Source: Candidatus Tayloriibacteriota bacterium (GTDB taxonomy: Bacteria; Patescibacteriota; Minisyncoccia; Phycocordibacterales; CAIRYW01). Taken from it: a stretch of DNA of 64,000 nucleotides. The stretch is from the NCBI GenBank assembly GCA_028286725.1, contig JAQBQZ010000013.1, positions 15,216 to 79,215 on the forward strand, in the 5' to 3' direction. Under the pieces are notes generated by a model, which worked only from the letters and a program-made list of their open reading frames with translations, ran no database searches and had not been told where the DNA came from. This document shows, one piece after another, positions 56,037 through 64,000 of this stretch; position 1 is the first letter of the stretch, and each line of letters opens with the position of its first letter. Position numbers and translations under genes: made by a program.

Positions 56037-56196
56037 TTGATTTACCTACAATTTTGTGTTATTCTCTCTAAATCCCTTATTTAGGGCGATTTTTATTCCA
56101 ACGAGCGAGGAGCAGGTGGATGAGTACTCTCATACACATTGTCCGAGTCGATGTTGGAGCAATCGGTATTACGATTATTATTAAATATATAAACAT

Positions 56197-56670
56197 ATGA
56201 CAAAAGAGTCATCCAAGGACAATACAAAGGTCTACGAAGTAGGCTTTCACATTGCTCCGTTTGTGGGCGAGGAAAATATTGCTCACGAGGTCTCTCATAT
56301 CAAAGATGTTCTCGATTCAATGAGAGCAGAAGTGATAAGTGAAGACTTTCCAAGGTTGCGGGCTTTAGCGTACCCAATCGCTAAGATTATCAAAGGAGAC
56401 AAGAAGATCTCAACAGAAGCATATTTCGGATGGGTTAAATTCGAACTAGCTACTGACAAGATCGAGGCTTTCAAGAAAGAAATCGAAAAGCTCGATAATG
56501 TGATTAGGTTTCTTGTTATCACTACTGTTAAAGAGAATACTCTTTACGGCGCTAAATTTGTCCAGGACAAAGAAGCAAAGAGAGTAGAGAAGACAGAAAA
56601 GAAGTCTGAAGTAAAAGAAGAAGTGAACGAGGCAGAACTCGACAAATCGATTGAAAATTTGGTGGTATAA
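56197..56670 (+). CDS. rpsF: 30S ribosomal protein S6 with an acidic C-terminal extension
   Basis: YEVGFHIAP...LAYPIAK...IRFLVIT pattern; position upstream of ssb-rpsR. Confidence 0.75.
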   Translation: MTKESSKDNTKVYEVGFHIAPFVGEENIAHEVSHIKDVLDSMRAEVISEDFPRLRALAYPIAKIIKGDKKISTEAYFGWVKFELATDKIEAFKKEIEKLDNVIRFLVITTVKENTLYGAKFVQDKEAKRVEKTEKKSEVKEEVNEAELDKSIENLVV

Positions 56671-56739
56671 TTAGGAAGTATAAAGTGGTTCAGGGTTCGT
56701 CCTTGATTCTTTCAACTTACTAACTAAACACATCAAACT

Positions 56740-57210
56740 ATGTATCTAAACAAAGCAATGCTTTACGGGAACCTTACAAAGGATCCTGAAATAAAAGCTC
56801 TTCCATCAGGTATTAAGGTTGCATCATTTGGTCTTGCAACAAACCGTTCTTACAAAGATAAAAATGGTGTAAAACAAGAGGCGACTGAGTATCACAATAT
56901 TGTTTCTTTCGGAAAGCCAGCAGAACTCATCTCACAGTATATGAAAAAGGGTAATCCTATTTTTGTAGAAGGAAGAATCCAGACACGAAGCTGGGATGAC
57001 AAAGATGGAAGTAAGAAATACCGAACAGAAATAATCGTTGAGAACTTCCAGTTCGGACCAAAGGCGATGGGTGGAGGTGGATCATACACACCTTCAGCTC
57101 CAAAAGCAGAAGAAAGTACAGGTCCAAGACACTCAACTCCAGCAGATGATATAGGATCAGAAATCCAATATCCAAATGAGGAGATTAATATAGAAGATAT
57201 TCCATTCTAG
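56740..57210 (+). CDS. ssb: single-stranded DNA-binding protein
   Basis: OB fold LYGNLTKDPE...; C-terminal acidic DIPF tail. Confidence 0.85.
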   Translation: MYLNKAMLYGNLTKDPEIKALPSGIKVASFGLATNRSYKDKNGVKQEATEYHNIVSFGKPAELISQYMKKGNPIFVEGRIQTRSWDDKDGSKKYRTEIIVENFQFGPKAMGGGGSYTPSAPKAEESTGPRHSTPADDIGSEIQYPNEEINIEDIPF

Positions 57211-57266
57211 AATTATAACAGTAGTGTAACCCCTAAGGGTGCAAATTAAAAAATTAAATTATTATT

Positions 57267-57479
57267 ATGTCAGTCAATTCAAAACAGTGCTTTTTTAAGC
57301 AAAACCAAATCAATCATATTGATTACAAGGATATCGAAATCCTTAAGAGATTTATAAATCCGCACGGACGAATCCTAAGCAGCAAGAAAACTGGTGTTTG
57401 CGCAAAGAACCAGCGAAAGCTCGCTAACGCGATCAAGCTTGCTCGATTTATGTCTCTCATGCCGTACGTAGCTAGATAA
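57267..57479 (+). CDS. rpsR: 30S ribosomal protein S18
   Basis: IDYKDIEILKRFINPHGRILSSKKTGVCAKNQRKLANAIKLARFMSLMPYV. Confidence 0.85.
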   Translation: MSVNSKQCFFKQNQINHIDYKDIEILKRFINPHGRILSSKKTGVCAKNQRKLANAIKLARFMSLMPYVAR

Positions 57480-57517
57480 TTCTAGAGTTACCTTTATTCA
57501 ATATTTGTTAAACTACG

Positions 57518-58078
57518 ATGTTAGAATATAACGAAATTAAAGAAAGAAAGTGTATTATTTTCGATAACGAACCTTACGAAGTGTTGTCTTCTCACGTGTT
57601 TCGAAAGCAAATGCGAAAGCCAGTGAATGCAACAAAGCTCCGGAATGTTATCACAGGACGAGTGATTGAACACTCATTCAGTGCTCAGGACAAAGCAGAA
57701 GAGGCAGAGATCGAGAAAAAGCAGGTTAAGTTCCTCTACACAGCTAAAGGTGAATGGTGGTTCTGCGATGTTGAGAATCCTGCAAACAGATTTAAGCTTT
57801 CTGAGACAGTGCTTGGTGAAGCTCGAAAGTTCATCAAAACAAACGCGGTCATCGAATCAAAAGTATTTGAAGAAAATGTTTTTGGTATCGATATGCCGAT
57901 CAAAGTAGAACTCAAAGTAACAGAAGCTCCGCCAGCAGTAAGAGGCGACACAGCGAAGGGCGGTAACAAAATCATCACACTTGAGACTGGGGCAACTTTG
58001 AACGCTCCAATGTTCATAAACGAAGGAGATGTTATCAGAGTAAATACTGAGACAGGAGAATACGTAGAAAGAGTCTAA
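57518..58078 (+). CDS. efp: elongation factor P
   Basis: Three OB/KOW-like domains; KLRNVITG segment. Confidence 0.8.
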   Translation: MLEYNEIKERKCIIFDNEPYEVLSSHVFRKQMRKPVNATKLRNVITGRVIEHSFSAQDKAEEAEIEKKQVKFLYTAKGEWWFCDVENPANRFKLSETVLGEARKFIKTNAVIESKVFEENVFGIDMPIKVELKVTEAPPAVRGDTAKGGNKIITLETGATLNAPMFINEGDVIRVNTETGEYVERV

Positions 58079-58100
58079 TCTAAAGGTTCAAAACAAAAAG

Positions 58101-58140
58101 TAAACAGCGCGACGCCTATGGCGTCGCGCTGTTTACTTTT
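58101..58140 (+). terminator. terminator
   Basis: aaacagcgcgacgcctatggcgtcgcgctgtttactttt. Confidence 0.75.
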
Positions 58141-58269
58141 ATGACTAGCTATAATAAGATAATAAGCACTAAATATGAATTATATATTTAACAATATTTG
58201 CCGACGGCCAATCACACGAGAAATCTCGAGGTTTGGTTTTTGTTGTTAATTATTTTGACTATAAAAACG

Positions 58270-58298
58270 GGACCCTCGAGTGAGGGTCCTTTTTTGTT
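58270..58298. terminator. bidirectional hairpin with T-runs on both strands
   Basis: aaaaacgggaccctcgagtgagggtcctttttt. Confidence 0.55.
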
Positions 58299-58327
58299 GC
58301 AGGTGCAACATTGTTCTTTAACCCAAA

Positions 58328-58702
58328 ATGACACAGACCATGAGCAAAATTGTATTCGATAGAGTAGGGCTTCTTGTGTGCGGATGCTACAGGATGAGTC
58401 GGCAGATCGTTGGACAGCATAACCAAAGAGGGTGGGCGAAATATCCAGAAGGATTCTTTGGACGCTGGGTGCCTGATAGTTCAAACGCAAGAAGGTCCAT
58501 GAATCGCCCAAAGCCTGTGGTGTTTGTGGAAGGCGTTGGTTGGAAATTTTCGATCGAACTTTCGTCAGAAAAATGTTGTTTGGTAGGATGTGTTTTTGCC
58601 AGCGATAAAGGAGACGATCTGATCTCCGGAAATCTTTTGCCGGGAACCATTGGATATCTCGCAACAACATCGAGCAAACGAGTGCGCGTGAAGTTCTTGT
58701 AG
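58328..58702 (+). CDS. GC-rich orphan ORF (124 aa); a structured ncRNA is the alternative reading
   Basis: About 50% GC, open frames on both strands, no SD, flanked by terminators on each side. Confidence 0.25.
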   Translation: MTQTMSKIVFDRVGLLVCGCYRMSRQIVGQHNQRGWAKYPEGFFGRWVPDSSNARRSMNRPKPVVFVEGVGWKFSIELSSEKCCLVGCVFASDKGDDLISGNLLPGTIGYLATTSSKRVRVKFL

Positions 58703-58707
58703 AGTGG

Positions 58708-58752
58708 GGGATAATAAAAAACGTCGCGTACATTTATGTGCGCGACGATTTT
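58708..58752 (+). terminator. terminator
   Basis: aacgtcgcgtacatttatgtgcgcgacg followed by atttttttattt. Confidence 0.7.
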
Positions 58753-58753
58753 T

Positions 58754-59335
58754 TTATTTCTTAATTTCTTTTATTAAACTATTGATTTCAGCTTCTATAT
58801 ATTTCTCTTGTTTTTCCCTTGAATCTTCTCGTTTATCTACCAGATTTAATGCCCACTCTTCGTCTTCGGATAATTGGAAAAGTTGCAACCCCTTTGCTTT
58901 TGCGACAATAATTTTTCTCAGATCATCTTCAGATTTGGTTACAAGCAGAGGATCCTCGGTCACCATTTTTTTAACATTATCATTAAGTATGTCGAGATCT
59001 CCTCTAATTCGATCATTGATTTCATTTCCAATTGAAAATATTTTCTCAATGTCTGCTAATTCACTGTCAATAATTGATACGAGGGGGTCATTTTCTGTTG
59101 TATAAGAAGTGCCTTGAATTGCCTCAATTTCTTCATCTCGCTGCATATCTAATGCATCTTTTATCGCATCAAGTTGTGATCTTGAATGTATTTTCTTATC
59201 TCTAATTGCTCTCGCAATGAATCCCTTTTCCAGGGTTTCGGCGTCTGCGTATGTTCTAAGTGCATTTTTGAGAGCTGGCATTGGTTCTGTTTTAGGCCTC
59301 TCTGCCTGAACTTCATCTAATCTGTGTGTATCCAT
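58754..59335 (-). CDS. hypothetical acidic helical protein immediately downstream of recA; RecX-like by position
   Basis: Context only; no family motif recognised. Confidence 0.3.
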   Translation of the reverse strand: MDTHRLDEVQAERPKTEPMPALKNALRTYADAETLEKGFIARAIRDKKIHSRSQLDAIKDALDMQRDEEIEAIQGTSYTTENDPLVSIIDSELADIEKIFSIGNEINDRIRGDLDILNDNVKKMVTEDPLLVTKSEDDLRKIIVAKAKGLQLFQLSEDEEWALNLVDKREDSREKQEKYIEAEINSLIKEIKK

Positions 59336-59344
59336 AATTATATT

Positions 59345-60436
59345 TTATTCCTCAGGCTTTTCTTCTACTAATTCATTTGGGGCAGGGACCGCATCAAATC
59401 CTTCTTCGTTCATAAACTTCTTGATCTTGCCTAGGATCTCGTCAGATATCTTTTTGTTCTCCTTCAAGAATTGTCTTGTCGCATCATAACCTCGTCCTAG
59501 AGCGATTTCCTCGCCGTTTTTAGGGGTATATTTGTATGAGTTGCCCATCTTTGAGAGAATGCCCATCTTCTCTCCTAGAGCCATTATTTCACCTTCCTTT
59601 GAGATACCTTCGTTGTACATAAGATCGAATTCTGTTTGTTTGAATGGTGCTCCCACTTTGTTCTTAACTACTTTTACTCGCACACGACCACCCATCACTT
59701 CTTCGCCTTTTTTGATCTGGGCAATTCGTCGGATATCGAGTCTGATAGACGTGTAGAATTTGAGAGCTTTTCCTCCTGGAGTAGTTTCAGGGTTACCGAA
59801 CATCACACCGATCTGCATTCGGATCTGGTTAATGAAAATGATAATTGTTTTTGATTTTGCGACAATCGCTGTAAGTTTTCGAAGTGCTTGAGCCATAAGT
59901 CGCGCCTGCTTGCCCACATGGTGCGCACCCATATCTCCTTCAATTTCATCTTTTGGCGTGAGGGCTGCAACTGAGTCTATGACAACGATATCTATCTTTC
60001 CTGTTCGAACGAGTGATTCAACAATCTCAAGCGCCTGTTCTCCTGTGTCAGGCTGAGAGATGAGAAGTTCGCTTATGTTTACTCCAATTCGTTTTGCATA
60101 TTCTGGATCGAGTGCGTGCTCCGCATCAATGAATGCGCAAACTCCGCCGAGTTTCTGCGCCTCAGCAATTGCGTGGAGCGCTAGAGTAGTCTTACCAGAT
60201 GATTCTGGTCCAAAGATCTCGAGTATTCTTCCACGAGGGAATCCTCCGATACCGAGCGCTGCATCAAGTCCCAAAGACCCGGTAGGGATGACATTGATGT
60301 CTACCTTTGGAGCTTCACCAAGTTTCATAATTGATTCTTCACCAAATTTTGTTTTGATCATTCGGATCGTTTCTTCGATTGCTGTCTTTGATCCTAATAC
60401 TACTCTTTCTTTCGCCACTTTTTCTTTTTTCTTCAT
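59345..60436 (-). CDS. recA: recombinase RecA
   Basis: [12 protein letters not shown] Walker [10 protein letters not shown], full-length conservation. Confidence 0.95.
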   Translation of the reverse strand: MKKKEKVAKERVVLGSKTAIEETIRMIKTKFGEESIMKLGEAPKVDINVIPTGSLGLDAALGIGGFPRGRILEIFGPESSGKTTLALHAIAEAQKLGGVCAFIDAEHALDPEYAKRIGVNISELLISQPDTGEQALEIVESLVRTGKIDIVVIDSVAALTPKDEIEGDMGAHHVGKQARLMAQALRKLTAIVAKSKTIIIFINQIRMQIGVMFGNPETTPGGKALKFYTSIRLDIRRIAQIKKGEEVMGGRVRVKVVKNKVGAPFKQTEFDLMYNEGISKEGEIMALGEKMGILSKMGNSYKYTPKNGEEIALGRGYDATRQFLKENKKISDEILGKIKKFMNEEGFDAVPAPNELVEEKPEE

Positions 60437-60458
60437 TGTAATTTGTTTTTATTAATAA

Positions 60459-60818
60459 TTATTTGACTGTTGTGCTTGCGGTATTTGAATACCAGATCTT
60501 CAGTGTCTTATCTACCTCTTTGTTAAATCTATCACGAACTGCTATCTCAATTATATTATAGCCGGGGAGGAGGAGCAATTTATCCTCAAAGTGCCCCTCA
60601 GTATCTGCAAATATTTGTCTGTCATTCAGTGTGATATAGGACACTCGTTTTACTTTTCCACTTACGGTGACGGACGGATCGGTGACTGTTGACAAGTCTT
60701 TTGGATTATCGATCACAAGCGAAGGTCCCAAAAAGAGCTTTAATGTCTCAAATCCTGCGTAGAGTACGAAGAGAAGAAAGAATATTATAATTGCGATTGT
60801 TCGGAGATTTCGTTTCAT
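60459..60818 (-). CDS. small membrane-anchored protein
   Basis: N-terminal TM, beta-rich ectodomain. Confidence 0.4.
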   Translation of the reverse strand: MKRNLRTIAIIIFFLLFVLYAGFETLKLFLGPSLVIDNPKDLSTVTDPSVTVSGKVKRVSYITLNDRQIFADTEGHFEDKLLLLPGYNIIEIAVRDRFNKEVDKTLKIWYSNTASTTVK

Positions 60819-60871
60819 TCGGTTTTTTTATTTGTATTTACTCATTACTTACAGGTCGTCATTCATTACTT

Positions 60872-63112
60872 CTATAACATTTCTTCCACTTCGGCTCTGC
60901 CTTCGCTGTTGATCACTTCTCTCGGCTTTGATCCGTCTGCGGGCCCTATGACACCTTTTTCTTCGAGGATATCTATAAGTCTTGCTGCTCGAGCATATCC
61001 AACACGAAGCTTTCGTTGGATATATGAAGTCGAAGCTTTACCTGCCTGGATTACTATCTCTTTGGCTTCTTCATAAAGCTCATCATCGTCTGCACCTGAT
61101 TTATCATCATCAAATCCAGAATCAAAGATCGGATTCTTTTCATCCGGAGCTTTATCTCCACCAACAAGTCCGAGGTCCCCCTGAGGGATCTCATCTTTGT
61201 AGCTATCAACAAGATACTTCACCACATTCTTCACTTCAGTTTCAGAAATATATGGAGACTGGATTCGAACAGGTTCTGGAGCATCCTGAGAAGAGAAGAG
61301 CATATCTCCTTGTCCGACGAGTTTTTCTGCACCTGCCTTGTCGATGATTGTTCTTGAATCAATCTGTGACTGCACCTTGAGAGCGATTCTTGTTGGAATG
61401 TTTGCCTTGATGAGTCCTGTGATGACGTTTACTGACGGTCTTTGAGTAGAGAGGATGAGGTGGATACCAACAGCTCGTGACATCTGAGCGAGTCTGACGA
61501 TAGATGCCTCAAGCTCGCGAGGGAATGCTTGCATAAGATCGGCAAGCTCATCAATAACGATCACTATATATGGCATTGTTTCTGGAAGATCAGTCGCATC
61601 TTTGTTTTTCTTCAAAGCAGGTTCCAAAATGTTTTTGTGGTAAGAACTAATATCTCGAACAGAATGGCCTTCGAGGGTATCGTATCTTCTATCCATCTCT
61701 TTTGCTGCCCATTTGAGCGCGAGGATAGTTTTCTTCGCATCTGTGATTACAGGAGTAAGGAGGTGTGGGATCTTGTTATAGAGAGTGAGCTCAACTCGTT
61801 TTGCATCCACCATGATGAACTTCAAAAGATCGGGACCGTTTCGGTAGAGGAGCGATGTGAGGAGTGCGTGCACTGTCACTGACTTACCGGATCCTGTAGT
61901 ACCTGCGATAAGGAGGTGTGGCATTTTTGCGAGGTCGTAAAATACCGCATCACCTGACACATTTTTGCCAATCGATGTAAGGAGTGGTTTTGGAGAATTT
62001 TTGTATGCTGATTCGTTCAAAAGTGAGCCGAGTCCAACCACGGTTTTTGAAGAGTTTGGCACTTCAATACCAACGAGTGATTTACCAGGGATTGGAGCTT
62101 CCACTCGAATCGTCGGGGCAGCGAGTGCGAGTGCGAGGTTGTCTTGGAGACTTACAATTTTTGAAAGTCGGACTCCTTCTGCAGGCTTCATTGCATAACG
62201 CGATACTGTCGGACCGATAGTGATCTCATCCATCTCAACATCGATGCCGAAGTTTTGAAGAGTTCGTTTAATGAGGTTTGCATTTGCTTTCACATCACCC
62301 ACTCCCGGCTTACCTTTATCAACTTCAAGAAGTGAAAGCGGGGGAGCAACATAGGTCTTTGAAAAAGTATGTGCACGAAGTCCGCCGAGGTCGAATTCTG
62401 GAATCTCTTCTTTCTTTTCTTTTCGAGCAAAAATTCCTCCGATATTTGTTTTTGATTCCTCTGTTTCTGCGGGCGCTTTTTCTTTCTGCTTCTTCTCTTC
62501 GACTGCAACAGATTTTTCGATAGCATCATCAACGTCGCTTGTATCATTCTCATCCTGTTCGCTTTCAATTTTCTTTTTCCAGAAAAAGAGTGTAGATGTT
62601 TTTAAGTGTGTTTCAAAGATAATGAGAATTGAAATGACGATGAGTGCAAAAAGAAGGATGACTGATGAGTAGACATCAAAAAGTTGGATCAAAGGTTTAA
62701 CCATCATTTCACCAACTGCGCCTCCAGAAGTTTTGTTTGCGATCTCTATGATACCGAGTGAGGAGAAAAAAAAGACGAGTCCAAAAATAATTTTTGTGAC
62801 CGAAAATCTTTGCTCCAAAGTTTTCAAGAATGACACCCCGAGCATCGCAAAAAGAAGAGGGATAAGGAAGTAGCCGATGCCAAAAAGTTTGGAGAAAAAT
62901 TCATATACGTTCACTCCGACAAGTCCCGCTTTGCCGACAGATGCAAGAATGAAGAGGAGTGCAACAAGGAAGAAAACGATTGATAGGATGCTCTGCATTG
63001 TTTCATCTTTTACTACTTTCTTTGCTGGCATATCTGGAAGCTTTTTTGTGCGAGGTTTGTCCCCATTTTTATCTCTCGGGCGCCGTTCTATCTCAGTATT
63101 ATTTTTAGGCAT
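60872..63112 (-). CDS. ftsK: DNA translocase FtsK/SpoIIIE
   Basis: N-terminal TM helices, Walker A GTTGSGKSV, C-terminal gamma domain. Confidence 0.9.
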   Translation of the reverse strand: MPKNNTEIERRPRDKNGDKPRTKKLPDMPAKKVVKDETMQSILSIVFFLVALLFILASVGKAGLVGVNVYEFFSKLFGIGYFLIPLLFAMLGVSFLKTLEQRFSVTKIIFGLVFFFSSLGIIEIANKTSGGAVGEMMVKPLIQLFDVYSSVILLFALIVISILIIFETHLKTSTLFFWKKKIESEQDENDTSDVDDAIEKSVAVEEKKQKEKAPAETEESKTNIGGIFARKEKKEEIPEFDLGGLRAHTFSKTYVAPPLSLLEVDKGKPGVGDVKANANLIKRTLQNFGIDVEMDEITIGPTVSRYAMKPAEGVRLSKIVSLQDNLALALAAPTIRVEAPIPGKSLVGIEVPNSSKTVVGLGSLLNESAYKNSPKPLLTSIGKNVSGDAVFYDLAKMPHLLIAGTTGSGKSVTVHALLTSLLYRNGPDLLKFIMVDAKRVELTLYNKIPHLLTPVITDAKKTILALKWAAKEMDRRYDTLEGHSVRDISSYHKNILEPALKKNKDATDLPETMPYIVIVIDELADLMQAFPRELEASIVRLAQMSRAVGIHLILSTQRPSVNVITGLIKANIPTRIALKVQSQIDSRTIIDKAGAEKLVGQGDMLFSSQDAPEPVRIQSPYISETEVKNVVKYLVDSYKDEIPQGDLGLVGGDKAPDEKNPIFDSGFDDDKSGADDDELYEEAKEIVIQAGKASTSYIQRKLRVGYARAARLIDILEEKGVIGPADGSKPREVINSEGRAEVEEML

Positions 63113-63430
63113 TTTTGATTTAAATTTATTTAGTTTTGTATCACAAATTATATCACAAAAACTAACTCAAAAATTACAGCAGTAGCTGATACCTGAGAAG
63201 GTGAAAATCAAAACTCAAAAATGTAAGTCAAAAGCTCGAATTTATTTGGGTGCATCGGTGTCTATGGGGCGGATTTAGATTAAAAGGTCTGAGGCTGTGT
63301 TGGGGCCTGACACTTTTGATTTTTGAGCTTTGCTTTTTGACTCAGATCCCCTTGCTATTTTCTCCTGTCTTATATATCATTGTCCTCAACAAAGAACTCG
63401 TAAAGGACTATTAAAAACTATAAAAGACAT

Positions 63431-64000
63431 ATGGAAAATAACGATAATAAAAAAGAACTCGAAGTAATGAACTTTCTCTCAAAGGGAGATAAGTTTGTCT
63501 TTTATGTATTCAAAAAGGCGTCCAAAATTTCGTATGCAATCTATGTCATAACTGATCTCATCAAGGACACAGAACCTCTCAAATGGACACTCCGAAAATC
63601 AGCAACAGAGATGTCTGCACTCCGGAATTTCTTCGATGAAAAAAGTGTCTTTAATAACCTCGAAAAGACACTCCTTGAGCTCGAAGCTTTTCTTGATCTT
63701 GCGTCGTTCGCCAAGGTGGTGTCCGAGATGAATTCGACACTCCTTCAAGACGAGATTCGGAGACTTATTTCTGACATGAGAGCGCGAGCGAAAGAGGGGT
63801 TTTATTCTCCTCAATTGGTCCCGGGTTTCTTTGATATTCCAAAGCCTGAGGCATTCAGTATTGCCCCAGTTTCACCACATACAAAACCCGAAGATTATTC
63901 TAAAGGACATAAAGGACAAGTTAAGAATTATGACTTTTATAAAAAACCAGAAAGGGCTGAAGATGTAAAAAAAGAATTCAAAACAACTCTCCCAAATATC
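63431..64000 (+). CDS. hypothetical protein, 5-prime complete and 3-prime truncated by the window end (not in the ORF track)
   Basis: 190 sense codons without a stop, running from ATG 63431 to the window end. Confidence 0.4.
   Translation, partial: MENNDNKKELEVMNFLSKGDKFVFYVFKKASKISYAIYVITDLIKDTEPLKWTLRKSATEMSALRNFFDEKSVFNNLEKTLLELEAFLDLASFAKVVSEMNSTLLQDEIRRLISDMRARAKEGFYSPQLVPGFFDIPKPEAFSIAPVSPHTKPEDYSKGHKGQVKNYDFYKKPERAEDVKKEFKTTLPNI

Noticed and set aside
57518-57700. Possible substitution of the modified Lys in the EF-P KPGKG loop (sequence RKQMRKPVNATKLRN)
   Set aside because: The alignment register by eye is ambiguous (Lys or Arg at the modification site), so I could not make a reliable statement.
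58300-58705. Tested the GC-rich segment by eye for RNase P RNA (GGAAAGUCCGGGCUCC / ACAGAAcCCGGCUUA), tmRNA (GGGG 5-prime end, GGTTCGAxTCC...CCACCA 3-prime end) and SRP motifs on both strands
   Set aside because: None of the signature motifs were found. I left it as an unassigned orphan ORF with ncRNA as an alternative, rather than naming an RNA family.

Overview
This is an AT-rich window that reads like a streamlined Candidate Phyla Radiation (CPR) or Parcubacteria-like genome. Proteins are small and Lys/Ile/Asn-rich. The ribosomal clusters are truncated in the CPR manner: secE-nusG-rplK ends with no rplA/rplJ/rplL, and rpsF-ssb-rpsR ends with no rplI. Surface and secreted proteins are abundant. 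Most of the window is housekeeping: four aminoacyl-tRNA synthetases (ileS, argS, glyQS, metG), rplS, rplK, rpsF, rpsR, secE, nusG, efp, ssb, recA, ftsK, folD, and a compact dTMP/folate cluster (DHFR-like, mazG-like, dut, dCMP deaminase, thyA on the minus strand; glyA and tmk on the plus strand). There are three tRNA genes: Val-TAC, Leu-GAG and His-GTG. No rRNA and no CRISPR array were seen. Four things stand out. (1) A tRNA-dependent cyclodipeptide synthase (CDPS) gene sits on a ~1 kb mini-island immediately downstream of tRNA-His. The island is bounded by a direct repeat of the tRNA 3-prime end, and four further partial copies of the tRNA-His T-arm/acceptor lie between the tRNA and the CDPS start, alternately inverted and direct. 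(2) The isoleucyl-tRNA synthetase carries an in-frame ~200-aa histidine-phosphatase (PGAM-like) domain inserted into its catalytic core, and its HIGH signature is non-canonical. (3) A ~3 kb GC-rich island (about 50% GC against a 33-40% background) carries a prephenate-dehydratase-like gene and a putative circularly permuted ATP-grasp/GSP-synthetase-like ligase, flanked by 42-bp direct repeats and a 22-bp-arm perfect palindrome. (4) Each tRNA gene is followed by an inverted or direct partial copy of its own 3-prime half. Smaller GC-rich orphan ORFs occur at 27.5, 49.0 and 58.3 kb. A tandem trio of paralogous secreted proteins with diversified Cys-rich C-termini lies next to an orphan sensor histidine kinase. 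Coordinates for start codons and terminators are read by eye and are approximate.
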